Source of the DNA: Candidatus Latescibacterota bacterium
Lineage (GTDB): Bacteria > Latescibacterota > UBA2968 > GCA-2709665
Direction: 5' to 3'
Length of the DNA: 64,000 nt
NCBI GenBank assembly: GCA_965226795.1
Contig: CBDDDZ010000005.1
Coordinates: forward strand, 1,280,001 to 1,344,000
Shown: in pieces, positions 47,006-56,540 of the stretch
Layout of the letters: each line of letters opens with the position of its first letter
How positions within the stretch are numbered: position 1 is the stretch's first letter
Notes under the pieces: model-generated
Told to the model about the DNA's origin: nothing
What the model saw: only the letters and a program-made list of their open reading frames with translations
Database searches by the model: none
Made by a program: the position numbers and the translations under genes

Positions 47006-47504
47006 ACAACTGTCGACAACAGATATGCAATGAGGCAACCTTCCACCCAAGTCTAGCGAGAGATGGCGCCAAGTGGGAGAACAGGAGCCGAAGCATCCCG
47101 AAATACTGTTTACCAGAATGCACCTGGCATGAAAGTGTATGACGACGACGACATCGTACAGCGCAATCACTGGAGGCGAGGGATAGGGTACGCGGTGGGG
47201 AGAGCATGGGATGAAGGCAAGAACCCATATTGTAGAGAATTGGACAGAGCAGTTATTGGTTGTGGAATTACCATGGGGACCTCTATAGCCACGCGCTCGA
47301 GCGCGGAACCGCCGAAGCGGAGGCCAGGATGGGTTTGGGGCCATTTCGACGCTCTATAGAGTCGCCTCTTGTCAGTTGGCCTGCTGAATTGGGTAGCCGA
47401 TGTCGTTGGGAGGGGTCGGCTGCCTTTCCCTTTGGGATTTGTGCGGGAATTCTCCCACTGAGCGTGGAAGTGAATTGTAAATGCCTGCAGCTGAAGAGTA
47501 CGCT

Positions 47505-47696
47505 ATGAAACGCACATTTACCGTGAAGGCTGTCTGGGACGATGAGGCGCAGGTCTTCTATGCTCAAAGCGACATTGAGGGCTTGCATATTGAGGCTGCC
47601 AGCCTTGATGAATTTGAGGAAATCATAATCGACGCGGCACCTGAATTGATCATGGCCAACCATCGAAGTGTGTCCGAAATCGCCAGGAAAGTTTGA
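47505..47696 (+). CDS. DUF1902 / HicB-like antitoxin-type protein, possibly truncated
   Basis: V.AVWDDEA.V..A.SDI.GL.IEA.SLDE......A.ELI..N. Lower GC than its neighbours. Confidence 0.75.
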   Translation: MKRTFTVKAVWDDEAQVFYAQSDIEGLHIEAASLDEFEEIIIDAAPELIMANHRSVSEIARKV

Positions 47697-47767
47697 ACGG
47701 TTGGCGCGATTTTTTCAACATCTGCGGGCGGTTCACGATTTGCAGGCCCGCGACATCTTGCTGACTT

Positions 47768-48586
47768 ATGCGCATTATCGATCCTCACGTTCACGTATGG
47801 GTGAACGACCCTGCCTATCCCTGGGCGCCGGACAATCCGAATCCGCCGAGGGAGGATGCGTCCTGTGACATGTTGCTGGAGCAGATGACGCGTCACGGTA
47901 CGGAAAAGACCGTGCTGGTGCAGGTGATACACTACAAGTGGGACAACCGGTACGCGGGCGACTGTCTGAAAAAATATCCGGATCGTTTCGAGGGCGTCTG
48001 CCGCGTGGACCCGAACAGTCCGTCTGCGGCCGACGATTTGAGCCGATGGGTGGAGGAATATGGTTTCCGAGGCGTACGGTTGAGCCCGGGTGCGGGATCG
48101 GAGGGCGACTGGTTCACCCGGACCGGCTTGGATCGGCTATGGCGGCGAACGCGAGAATTGAAGGTGCCGATGTGCATCCTGACCGAGCAGGCGCGGTTGC
48201 CGGACCTGGAGCGCTGGATTCGCAAATACGACGATGTACAGGTTTGCGTGGACCACATGGCGAGACCACCGGTTGACCGGTCCGGCGGCGCCGGAAGTCT
48301 TCTGAAACTCGCCGAGTATCCGGAGGTGTACGTGAAGATTTCGGGCACCTGGGCCGTGTCTCGTGAAACCTATCCGTATCGGGATACGCACGCGGTTGTC
48401 AAGCAGGTTTACGACGCGTTCGGGCCGGAACGGCTCATGTGGGGCACCGACTGGCCGCTCGTCGAACAGAAGTGCGGCTATACCGGAGCGCTGGAACTGG
48501 TATCGAGGGAATTGCCGTTTCTGAACGAAACAGACAGGGAATGGATCCTGGGAAAGACGGTTCTCAAGCTCTGGCCGTTCGCCTGA
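47768..48586 (+). CDS. Amidohydrolase family 2 protein
   Basis: IIDPHVHVW, GVRL, VDHMARP, VYVKISG, FGPERLMWGTDWP. Confidence 0.9.
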   Translation: MRIIDPHVHVWVNDPAYPWAPDNPNPPREDASCDMLLEQMTRHGTEKTVLVQVIHYKWDNRYAGDCLKKYPDRFEGVCRVDPNSPSAADDLSRWVEEYGFRGVRLSPGAGSEGDWFTRTGLDRLWRRTRELKVPMCILTEQARLPDLERWIRKYDDVQVCVDHMARPPVDRSGGAGSLLKLAEYPEVYVKISGTWAVSRETYPYRDTHAVVKQVYDAFGPERLMWGTDWPLVEQKCGYTGALELVSRELPFLNETDREWILGKTVLKLWPFA

Positions 48587-48595
48587 CGGCCGGCC

Positions 48596-49429
48596 ATGGA
48601 GGCAGCGTCCATGTATAAAGTGTCCTACGACGGCACGAACAAAAAGGTCCTCTGGCAGGAGATGTGGCGCCACGAGTTTGAAGAGGCCCTGACGCACCAT
48701 CCCGTGGTGATTTTGCCCACCGGTTCGGTGGAGCAGCACGGACCCCATTGCCCGATGGATGTGGATATCGTCGGGCCATTCTATATGGCGGTTCGCGTGG
48801 CGCAGCGGGTGGATGACTTTCCCGTGATCGTCGCGCCGCCCATCTGGTCCGGGTTCACACACTACAACAAGGGGTTTGCCGGCACGATCAGCCTGCGGAT
48901 CGAAACATACCTGAACCTGGTCGGCGATGTCTGCAGGAGCATATATGACAACGGCTTCAAGCGGATCGTGATGGTGAACGGGCACGGGGGCAATATGGCG
49001 CCCAACCACGTGGTTCGGGACACCATAGCGGAGGAGAACGTGTTTGTGGTGGCCTACAGCTGGTGGCAGTCCGTTGCGGACGAGATGCTGGAGTGGAGCG
49101 ATGCGGACAACGGCAGCGTGGGACACGGCGGTGAGTGGGAGACATCGGTTATGCTGTATCTGCGGGAGCATCTCATCGCGAAACACCTGATGAACGATGA
49201 TGTCTTCCCGAATCCGTTCAGCGATGATCTCCGGCATTTCGGCGGGTTCTCGGAACGCCGCAGGGATACCCGCGACATCACCGGCACGATGGGCAGTTCG
49301 AGCGCGGCAAGCAGGGAGAAGGGGGAGCGGGTCTTCAACCTGGCGGTGGATCGTCTCGAGCGTCTGGTTCGGGAATTCCACGAACAGCCGGTCAGGCAGT
49401 ACAGGGAATTCGGTTCGCATTGTCCGTAA
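48596..49429 (+). CDS. Creatininase family amidohydrolase
   Basis: LPTGSVEQHGPH.P..D, NGHGGN, HGGEWETS, ASREKG. The start could be 48611. Confidence 0.9.
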   Translation: MEAASMYKVSYDGTNKKVLWQEMWRHEFEEALTHHPVVILPTGSVEQHGPHCPMDVDIVGPFYMAVRVAQRVDDFPVIVAPPIWSGFTHYNKGFAGTISLRIETYLNLVGDVCRSIYDNGFKRIVMVNGHGGNMAPNHVVRDTIAEENVFVVAYSWWQSVADEMLEWSDADNGSVGHGGEWETSVMLYLREHLIAKHLMNDDVFPNPFSDDLRHFGGFSERRRDTRDITGTMGSSSAASREKGERVFNLAVDRLERLVREFHEQPVRQYREFGSHCP

Positions 49430-49663
49430 GAACCGTTCGCGGCCTCTCCCGTCGGCCCATACCGGCGGTGCCGAGGGGCGTTTTTCCGATTCGGCGATGG
49501 TGGACGGTGAGCGGCGGTGAGACGAAACGATCATCGCAAGTGTTCCGACTGATCCGGGTGACGAAACCGGTCCTGTATGGGCTCTGAAGCTCCCGGATCG
49601 GACGTCGCTACGCGGTCGAGGCTTAACGCGGCACGAAAAGGCATCCGACAGGAGGTCCAGGGC

Positions 49664-51280
49664 ATGTCGAATCTGCTTTATTTTGATTGTCACGCAACCG
49701 TTGGTCAGCGCCCCATGAAACATCCGCGGGTGCGTTGGTCTACCGAGCATCTTCTTGAAGATATGGACCTGGCCGAGATATCCGGCGCGCTGGTGACGCA
49801 CGGTGTGGCCCTGAGTTACGATTCCGCGTACGGAAATCGCCGGCTGCAATCGGAACGGGCAAAGGCGCCAGACAGGCTGTTTGCCGCGTGGTGTATCGTT
49901 CCGCTCGGAGATCCCGGTTTCTTCGCCGACGGAGACGCGTTGATCGGGGCGATGGAGAAGAATGAAGTGCGGGCCGTGCGGCTGGCGCCGGGCGGGTATT
50001 CCATGCATCCTGAATTGGTGGGCCCCACCTTTGAGGTGCTGCAACACCACGGAATCCTGACGTTGCTGGAGGTGGGGTGGGGAATGCCGGATATCTTTAC
50101 GTTCTTCCACGAATTGCTGTGCCGGTACCCACGGTTGCCGGTCTTGTTGACCGATCACGTCTGGAGCCAGCAGCGCCACGTTTACGCGTTGATGCAGCGG
50201 CACGAGAACCTGCACCTGGAATTCTCATCCTACCAGATCAACCTCGGAATTGAGAAATACGCGGCGGATTTTGGAGACGAACGCCTGTTGTTCGGTACCG
50301 GAGGCACGGAGAAGTCGCCCGGCGCGGCCCGGTTTTACGTGGATTACGCGCAGATTCCGGAGACTTCCAAATGCCGGATTGCGGGCGGGAATCTGAAACG
50401 GTTGTTGAAGGGTCAGGGGCCCGTTGCGCCGGCATCGCCCTCGGCGGAAGCGGATGGAATCGTGGCCGAGGCCAGGGCCGGTCAACCTCTATCCGTTCCT
50501 GTCCTCGACGCACATTCCCACGTGTTGCACGAAGGCGGGCAGACGGCAGGTGTGAATTATCTCATGTATGACGGCGATGCCGAACATATGCTGTCCCTGA
50601 ACGCGCGTTGCGGCATCGACCGGACCGCCATGATGAGTTGGAACGCGCCGGTTTGCGTGGATGCACACGACGGAAATGAGATTGTCTGGCGAGCCATGAG
50701 GCGATTCGGTGAACAGGTGATCGGTGTGGCGGTTATCGATCCAACCCATATGACCGCCGCCGAGATGCAGGCCGAGATACGTCTACGGTACATCGAGCAG
50801 GGATTCGTGGGAATGAAGCCCTACGTGCGAATGAACCTGAATTATGAAGATGAGAAATTCATGCCCTGGTGGGAGTTCGGAAACGAACACAGCCTGTACG
50901 CGTTGATGCACGTGGCCGGGCATACGGGCGGCGTGGCGGGCATCGGACGATTGGCGGAGCGGTTCCCGGAGGTAAGCTGGCTGATTGCGCACGCGGGGGG
51001 GAGCTATTCGTTCGCGGAGGAAGTGGCCGCCTGCATTCGGGAGCATCCGAACGTCTATGCCGAGATCACGCTGACTCCCGTGACGAACCGTGTGGTTGAG
51101 TTTCTGGTTGCGACAACGGACGAAGACCACGTGCTGTTCGGCACGGACGCCCCCATGAGAGACCCGCGGCAGCAACTCGGATGGGTCGTCTGGACGGCGT
51201 TGCCGGTGGACGTGAAAATGAAGGTTCTGGGCGGGAATTTCCAGCGGATACTGGATCGGGTAAAGTTACCTGGTGCGTGA
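49664..51280 (+). CDS. Tandem two-domain amidohydrolase (TIM barrel x2)
   Basis: Domain 1: FDCH...RLLFGTG...IAGGNL. Domain 2: LDAHSH...AHAGG...VLFGTDAP...LGGNF. AGGAGG RBS. Confidence 0.85.
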   Translation: MSNLLYFDCHATVGQRPMKHPRVRWSTEHLLEDMDLAEISGALVTHGVALSYDSAYGNRRLQSERAKAPDRLFAAWCIVPLGDPGFFADGDALIGAMEKNEVRAVRLAPGGYSMHPELVGPTFEVLQHHGILTLLEVGWGMPDIFTFFHELLCRYPRLPVLLTDHVWSQQRHVYALMQRHENLHLEFSSYQINLGIEKYAADFGDERLLFGTGGTEKSPGAARFYVDYAQIPETSKCRIAGGNLKRLLKGQGPVAPASPSAEADGIVAEARAGQPLSVPVLDAHSHVLHEGGQTAGVNYLMYDGDAEHMLSLNARCGIDRTAMMSWNAPVCVDAHDGNEIVWRAMRRFGEQVIGVAVIDPTHMTAAEMQAEIRLRYIEQGFVGMKPYVRMNLNYEDEKFMPWWEFGNEHSLYALMHVAGHTGGVAGIGRLAERFPEVSWLIAHAGGSYSFAEEVAACIREHPNVYAEITLTPVTNRVVEFLVATTDEDHVLFGTDAPMRDPRQQLGWVVWTALPVDVKMKVLGGNFQRILDRVKLPGA

Positions 51281-51476
51281 GCGCCCCGCCGTTCGATTTA
51301 CGGCTTTCAGAATGCCTTTGCAGGGCGCGCTTCGTGGACGGGCAGTCGGGTCGAGACCGGCGAAAGTGGAGGTGAGGCCGCCGGTCCACACCCGGAAACG
51401 CGACAGGTCGAACCTGAACCCGATAGCGCGCCGGGCGCCAGGTGTCAATCCACGCTACGGGAGAGAAACCGGAGAT

Positions 51477-52550
51477 ATGGACAGGTTACGAGTGGCTCAA
51501 TTCGGGCTCACGCACCCTCACGCTCTCGCGCACCTGAAAACGTTGCAGTTGTCCGATATGGTGCGTGGTATCGTGCTGTATGACGGCGACGCACGGGTTG
51601 TCGCGGAAGTTCAGACGACGATGGGAGACAAGGTCGAAGGGGGATACCACGACCTGGATGAGATGCTCGATAAGGAATCCTTCGAGGTGGGAATCGCGGA
51701 TTTTCAGAATCACCTTAACGGGCCGCTTTGCCTCAGGCTGATCGACAGCGGCATCCACGTGATCAGCGAGAAGCCAATTTCCGATTCCTCGGCGGAACTG
51801 TCTCGAATTGTCGACGCCGCGGCGCGATCGGATTTGAAACTGGGCGTTATGTACCAGAACCGGTACCATCCGGTCTCCCTGGAGGCGCGCCGATTGGTGA
51901 AGGAGGGGATCATCGGCCGGGTCACCGGGTGCGAGGCAAGGATGATTACGTCGCAGGTGAGGTTTCGGAATCCCCGCCACTGGTTGTTCGACAAACAGAA
52001 AGCCGGCGGCGGGATCCTCTCGTGGTTGGGATGTCATTATATCGATTTGTTGCGTTATGTGTTGGACGACGACGTGGTCGAGGTCTGTGCAATTGCCGAC
52101 ACGCTGAGCGGCGAGGACATTGACGTGGAAGACGTGGCATCGCTCGCATTCCGGTTCAGAGGGGGCGCCATCGGCAGCCTGCATGCCGGGTATCAGCTCG
52201 CGGTGAGCATCCCTGGTTATTCGGGTGCGACTTACGACAACTACGTCGGGTTTCGCGGCACCGAAGGAAGGGTGTACTGGAATCCAGTCGACAAACCGGC
52301 TGTATTGCACGCTGAGAGCGCGACACCGGGCTGGCAGGCCTCCCCGGCGCGCTCGTATCGGTACGCGTTGCCCCAGGTGGACTGTTACGGAGGCGCGTTC
52401 GGAATGGCGTTCCTGGAACGGTTTTTCCGCGCAGTGAACGGAGACGGGGAGCCCCCGGCCACCGGCGAGGACGCGCTCAAGGTGGCCAGGATAATCGAGG
52501 CTGCCTACGAGTCCAGCGAAACCGGCCGCCGGATCGATGTGGATTCGTGA
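51477..52550 (+). CDS. Gfo/Idh/MocA family oxidoreductase
   Basis: G..HPHA, HVISEKP, AGGGILSWLGCH..D, VED.A, AAYESS. Confidence 0.87.
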   Translation: MDRLRVAQFGLTHPHALAHLKTLQLSDMVRGIVLYDGDARVVAEVQTTMGDKVEGGYHDLDEMLDKESFEVGIADFQNHLNGPLCLRLIDSGIHVISEKPISDSSAELSRIVDAAARSDLKLGVMYQNRYHPVSLEARRLVKEGIIGRVTGCEARMITSQVRFRNPRHWLFDKQKAGGGILSWLGCHYIDLLRYVLDDDVVEVCAIADTLSGEDIDVEDVASLAFRFRGGAIGSLHAGYQLAVSIPGYSGATYDNYVGFRGTEGRVYWNPVDKPAVLHAESATPGWQASPARSYRYALPQVDCYGGAFGMAFLERFFRAVNGDGEPPATGEDALKVARIIEAAYESSETGRRIDVDS

Positions 52551-52608
52551 GAGAAGAAGTGGAAATCGGAAACAATGGACCCATCGTGTTTCTTGCCCCG
52601 GGTGGCTT

Positions 52609-53439
52609 GTGATCGATTCCAATGACATCAGAACATTGGCGGGAGGTGCGGTTCAGCCGCTGGGTCTTGCAGGTTCCCCCGACACACAGAGCGGATTCGC
52701 TCCCGTCGCACACCGGGCCGGGGTTAATTTCTTTTTCTTTTACGGCCTGAACTTTGGAGGAATGGTCGACGGCGTGAAGCGCCTGCTCCAGCGACATCGA
52801 AACGAGATATTCGTAGCGACCGGAACGGAGTCCCGCGACCCGGGTGAGATGCGGGACTATTTTGACGCGGCGCGCAGGGCGCTGGGTGTGGACGCGATCG
52901 ACCTGTTCTTTGCCGAATATGTGTCACCGGCGGACGATATCCAGGATGTGCTGGGAAAGGGCGGCGCGATCGACGAAATCTGGAAGTGGAAGAACGACGG
53001 AAACGTCTGCTACGTTGGCGCAACCGCCCATAGCCGTTCACTTTCGATCCGCCTTGTCGAGAGCGGTCGGGTCCAGGTGTTGATGCACCGGTACAATATG
53101 GCGCACCGGAAGTCGGAGCACGAGGTGTTGCCCGCGGCCATCGAGGCGGGCGTACCCGTGGTCGCGTTCACCTGTACACGCTGGGGTTCGCTGCTGAAGG
53201 GGCATGCCGATTGGCCGGGGCAGGTGCCCTCGGCGGCGGATTGTTACCGCTTCGTCCTGCAGCACCCGGCTGTCCATCTGGCATTGACCGCCCCCGCCAC
53301 CGAGCATCATCTACGAGAAAATCTCAAGGTGCTTACAGATCCTGGCGAACCGGGCCCGGAAGAGATGGCGGCCGGGAAGACATACGGAGACCTCGTTTAC
53401 GGGGAAGGCACCGATGCATTTGAAACACGTTGGCCTTAA
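52609..53439 (+). CDS. Aldo/keto reductase family protein
   Basis: LGVDAIDLF, G.V.YVGATAH, LMHRYNMAHR, CYRFVL..P.V. Start is uncertain. Confidence 0.75.
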   Translation: MIDSNDIRTLAGGAVQPLGLAGSPDTQSGFAPVAHRAGVNFFFFYGLNFGGMVDGVKRLLQRHRNEIFVATGTESRDPGEMRDYFDAARRALGVDAIDLFFAEYVSPADDIQDVLGKGGAIDEIWKWKNDGNVCYVGATAHSRSLSIRLVESGRVQVLMHRYNMAHRKSEHEVLPAAIEAGVPVVAFTCTRWGSLLKGHADWPGQVPSAADCYRFVLQHPAVHLALTAPATEHHLRENLKVLTDPGEPGPEEMAAGKTYGDLVYGEGTDAFETRWP

Positions 53440-53452
53440 TGCTGGAGCCCCC

Positions 53453-54220
53453 ATGTACCCTTGGCGCCCATTGCTGATTCTGCTCTTCGCGACCGCATGT
53501 GGTCCGAGTCCTGAAAATCCGCCGGCTGAAGGATTCAATGATGCCGGTTCGGACGCCAGGGCGATTGAGATTGCCGATGCCGTAATGCGGGAAATGGGAG
53601 GCCGCCGGAACTGGGACGGAACCCGGTATCTCACCTGGAGATTCTTCGGCCGGCGGTTGCACGTGTGGGACCGGTGGACCGGTGACATCCGCTTTGAGGA
53701 GGCCGATCGCGTCACCCTGATGAACGTCAATAGCAGGGAAGGGCGGGTTTGGAAGGGCGGGGAGGAAATCGCGGAGCCGGATTCTCTTGAGAAATATCTC
53801 AACAGAGGGTACCGCGCCTGGATCAACGATTCCTACTGGCTGGTGATGCCTTACAAGCTGAAGGATTCGGGGGTGGCGTTAAAGTACAGCGGCGAAGGCA
53901 GGCAGGAGAACGGGCGAGACGCTTTCGTCCTTACGTTGACATTTGACAACGTTGGCGTGACCCCGCAGAACAAATACGACGTCTATGTCGACAGGGAACG
54001 TATGCTGGTGGAACAGTGGGCGTTCTACAGGAATGCGTCCGACGTGGAACCGCGGTTTGTCGGCCCGTGGGTGGACTGGAAGCCTCACGGACGAATCCTG
54101 CTGTCCGCGAACCGGGGCCGGACGTCGCATTCCGACGTGGCCGTTTTCGATGACCTGCCACGCGCTGTGTTTGAAAGCCCTGAACCGGTGGATATGATGG
54201 CGTACGAAAAGGCCAGGTGA
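53453..54220 (+). CDS. Lipoprotein of unknown function (LolA-like sorting-protein appearance)
   Basis: Lipobox FATAC, IAD.VM..MGG...W, WINDSYWL.MPYKL.D.GV, VG.TP.NKY. Confidence 0.65.
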   Translation: MYPWRPLLILLFATACGPSPENPPAEGFNDAGSDARAIEIADAVMREMGGRRNWDGTRYLTWRFFGRRLHVWDRWTGDIRFEEADRVTLMNVNSREGRVWKGGEEIAEPDSLEKYLNRGYRAWINDSYWLVMPYKLKDSGVALKYSGEGRQENGRDAFVLTLTFDNVGVTPQNKYDVYVDRERMLVEQWAFYRNASDVEPRFVGPWVDWKPHGRILLSANRGRTSHSDVAVFDDLPRAVFESPEPVDMMAYEKAR

Positions 54221-54501
54221 AGATTGACCCGAAACAACATCATCGTACCGCACTGATCCGTTATCGCGTCGGTAGCCTGAAGCGTATAGATGGATCGCAC
54301 AATGTGCGTAGATGAGTCGCCTTCAAGCGCTTTTTATGCTCCGTGAAGACGACATTAAGGCCCTTGTAGTCGAAGGGCTTTATTTCATGCCTTTGGTAGT
54401 TCCCGCCCGTCATCTTTTTCGCCTTGCGCGGTCCGGACCCGACTGGCAGGATTCCGGTTGTGCAGCTTCGACGCTGTCCTGCGCACCGAAGGCGCACATT
54501 C

Positions 54502-54530
54502 TTGACTTGACAGATCAATTTGCGTATGTT
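54502..54530 (+). promoter_or_regulatory. sigma70-type promoter
   Basis: TTGACT (54502-54507), 17-bp spacer, TATGTT (54525-54530). Confidence 0.5.
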
Positions 54531-54875
54531 GTGAAAACTCTGTGGCGCCCAAAAAAGTCCGGGTCGAACGGTTGCGGGCAGAGTGTCGCAGGATGCGAAA
54601 GTTTCCGCACAAAAGGGGCTCTAGGGCAATCGAATGCTCGCCCGGAACGCCCTGTTTAAAGACGGATTAGCCGCTTCGCGGGTGAAAACATCCGCTAACC
54701 GTCACTGCATTGAATAGTAGATATCTGTTCGATCGAAAGATGGTAACGACAACTGCGGACTGGCGGTGGCGAACGGTGGTGCCACGCCTCGACGCATTCC
54801 GGATTAGTAGACGATCGCGTAAAACAGTTGCCGGGTCACAAAGATTACCGACAAAAAAATTAAGGGAGGGCGGCT

Positions 54876-55646
54876 ATGCGTTTCTTTATGAGATGGATCA
54901 TCATTGGATTGCCGTTGCTGTGGCCCGCAATCGGAGATGCACAATTGATGAAGGAGGGGACGGAAAAGCCGAAGCCCACCGGCGGTGACCCCGCCGGCGC
55001 GTGGATGGCGGACTCGACGGCGCTGCCGGTCTGGGCGGACCCAAAAATATGGGCCGTGATTAACGATCCGTCCATCGACGGAACAGTAGACGGAACCCTG
55101 ATATTAAATGCCGAGTCCGGTACCTACGAGGCCGATTACGTCGCATCGGTAAAGGTGAAGCTGTCCGTACCAGCGTTCAGTATCAGCCTCGATAGTACGT
55201 TCGTCGTACCGCGGAAACAGGAGGGCGTCTACGAAATCAAGGACTCCAACCTGATACTCGAATACACGCCCGAGGATGAAGAGGCCGCGGTGAGAGATAC
55301 GTTGGGATTTACGGTCAGGGAAGATTCCCTGTTTATACTTCAGGACGTGCCGCTCGGTCAGTATGAGTTTGCGTTGGCTTTTCTTCAAGCGGAGGCGCCT
55401 CTGGCCGTGATGGGGTTCGCGAAGGTGGAAGAAGAACCCGATCCGGATCCCGATCCGCCTGAACCCGGGGTCGCCGCGGACTTCAATGGAGACGGGAGTG
55501 TAGATTTTTCGGACTTTATTTCGTTTGCGCAGAACTTCGGGCGGAGCGAGGGGGACGCGAACTTCGACGCCCGGTTCGACCTGAGTGGGGACGGGAGTGT
55601 AGATTTTTCGGACTTTATTGCGTTCGCCCAACAATTCGGCCAGTAG
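54876..55646 (+). CDS. Secreted protein with C-terminal dockerin-like/EF-hand duplicated domain
   Basis: Signal peptide, beta-rich domain, (DP)n linker, then DFNGDGSVDFSDF...DLSGDGSVDFSDF. AGGGAGG RBS. Confidence 0.85.
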   Translation: MRFFMRWIIIGLPLLWPAIGDAQLMKEGTEKPKPTGGDPAGAWMADSTALPVWADPKIWAVINDPSIDGTVDGTLILNAESGTYEADYVASVKVKLSVPAFSISLDSTFVVPRKQEGVYEIKDSNLILEYTPEDEEAAVRDTLGFTVREDSLFILQDVPLGQYEFALAFLQAEAPLAVMGFAKVEEEPDPDPDPPEPGVAADFNGDGSVDFSDFISFAQNFGRSEGDANFDARFDLSGDGSVDFSDFIAFAQQFGQ

Positions 55647-55669
55647 CAGCAACGTTGGGACTGTCGTCG

Positions 55670-56440
55670 CTATGGGACGCCGGTGAGGAGGAGGCCGCCG
55701 TCCACAGGCAGTGAGACGCCGTTTATGTTTGCGGCGTGGGGGCTGGAGAGAAAGACCACGGCGCGTCCGATGTCTTCCGGTGTGCCGCCCCTGCGCGTGG
55801 GGATGAAGCCGTGGAGGTTTTCGGGCGCGCTGCCGCGCGCAGGCGGGTTCTGCCCGAAGGCGTGTACGGTGTCCATATAGCCGGGCAGGATAGCGTTGCA
55901 GCGAATGCCCAGGGGCGCCAGTTCGTACGCCATGCTCATGGTAAGACGCAGGATGCCCGCCTTCGCGGTTCCGTAACAGGTGTCGTTCTCCCACACGGCC
56001 TGCGCGTGTACCGACGAAATGCTCACGATGCTCCCGCCCGCGCGCCGTTCCGCCATATTTCGGGCTGCCGCCTGGCTGCACAGGAAATACCCTTTCAGAC
56101 AGACGTCCAACGTTCGGTCCCAGATTGCTTCGGTGATTTCCAGGAAGGGCATGTTCTCGGACCAATAGGGGTTGTTGACCAGGATGTCGACGCGGCCGAA
56201 GCGATCTACAAAAGCGTCAAACATCCGGTTCACCGCAGTCGCGCTGGAAATATCGGCTTCAAAAAAGGCTGCTTCGCGGCCCGCTTCTTTTATAAGATCC
56301 AGGGTTGTTTCAGCATCGGCGTCGCGCTCGACGTCGTTGATGCCCACGTCGCATCCGGCTTCCGACAGCGCCTGGGCGATCCCCCTGCCGATGCTGCGCC
56401 TTGAGCCGGTAACGAGTGCTTTCTTGCCGTCGAGCAACAT
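55670..56440 (-). CDS. Short-chain dehydrogenase/reductase (SDR)
   Basis: ALVTGSRRSIG, DILVNN, YGTAK (YxxxK), NAILPG, G..LPVDGG. Confidence 0.93.
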   Translation of the reverse strand: MLLDGKKALVTGSRRSIGRGIAQALSEAGCDVGINDVERDADAETTLDLIKEAGREAAFFEADISSATAVNRMFDAFVDRFGRVDILVNNPYWSENMPFLEITEAIWDRTLDVCLKGYFLCSQAAARNMAERRAGGSIVSISSVHAQAVWENDTCYGTAKAGILRLTMSMAYELAPLGIRCNAILPGYMDTVHAFGQNPPARGSAPENLHGFIPTRRGGTPEDIGRAVVFLSSPHAANINGVSLPVDGGLLLTGVP

Positions 56441-56540
56441 AGATGTACCTCGCTATTAGTGGATCGTGGAACGGAATGGGAGTTGCAGGCATGAAATACG
56501 ATATCGTTTTTCACCTGTCAAATAGAAAAGGGGGGAGGCA

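Noticed and set aside
48137..50215. 692-aa minus-strand ORF, and similar long antisense ORFs (e.g. 6592-7695, 37663-38808, 43209-44573, 51486-52628)
   Set aside because: They are shadows of well-supported + strand genes in GC-rich DNA, with Arg/His/Pro-rich sequence and no motifs.
54312..54659. 115-aa + strand ORF in the intergenic region
   Set aside because: No RBS or motif, and it spans hairpins and a promoter-like sequence.
54755..54850. ZTP or c-di-GMP-I riboswitch (GACTGGCG..GTGG..CCAC; GAAA loop; CAGTTGCCG)
   Set aside because: The required downstream elements (GGGAG and CGCCTGGGC for ZTP; GGCAAA and GACGCAAA for c-di-GMP-I) are missing.
55491..55619. Two exact 30-nt direct repeats resembling a mini-CRISPR
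   Set aside because: Only two units, a 69-nt in-frame spacer, both inside a CDS encoding the duplicated dockerin-like loops, and no cas genes.
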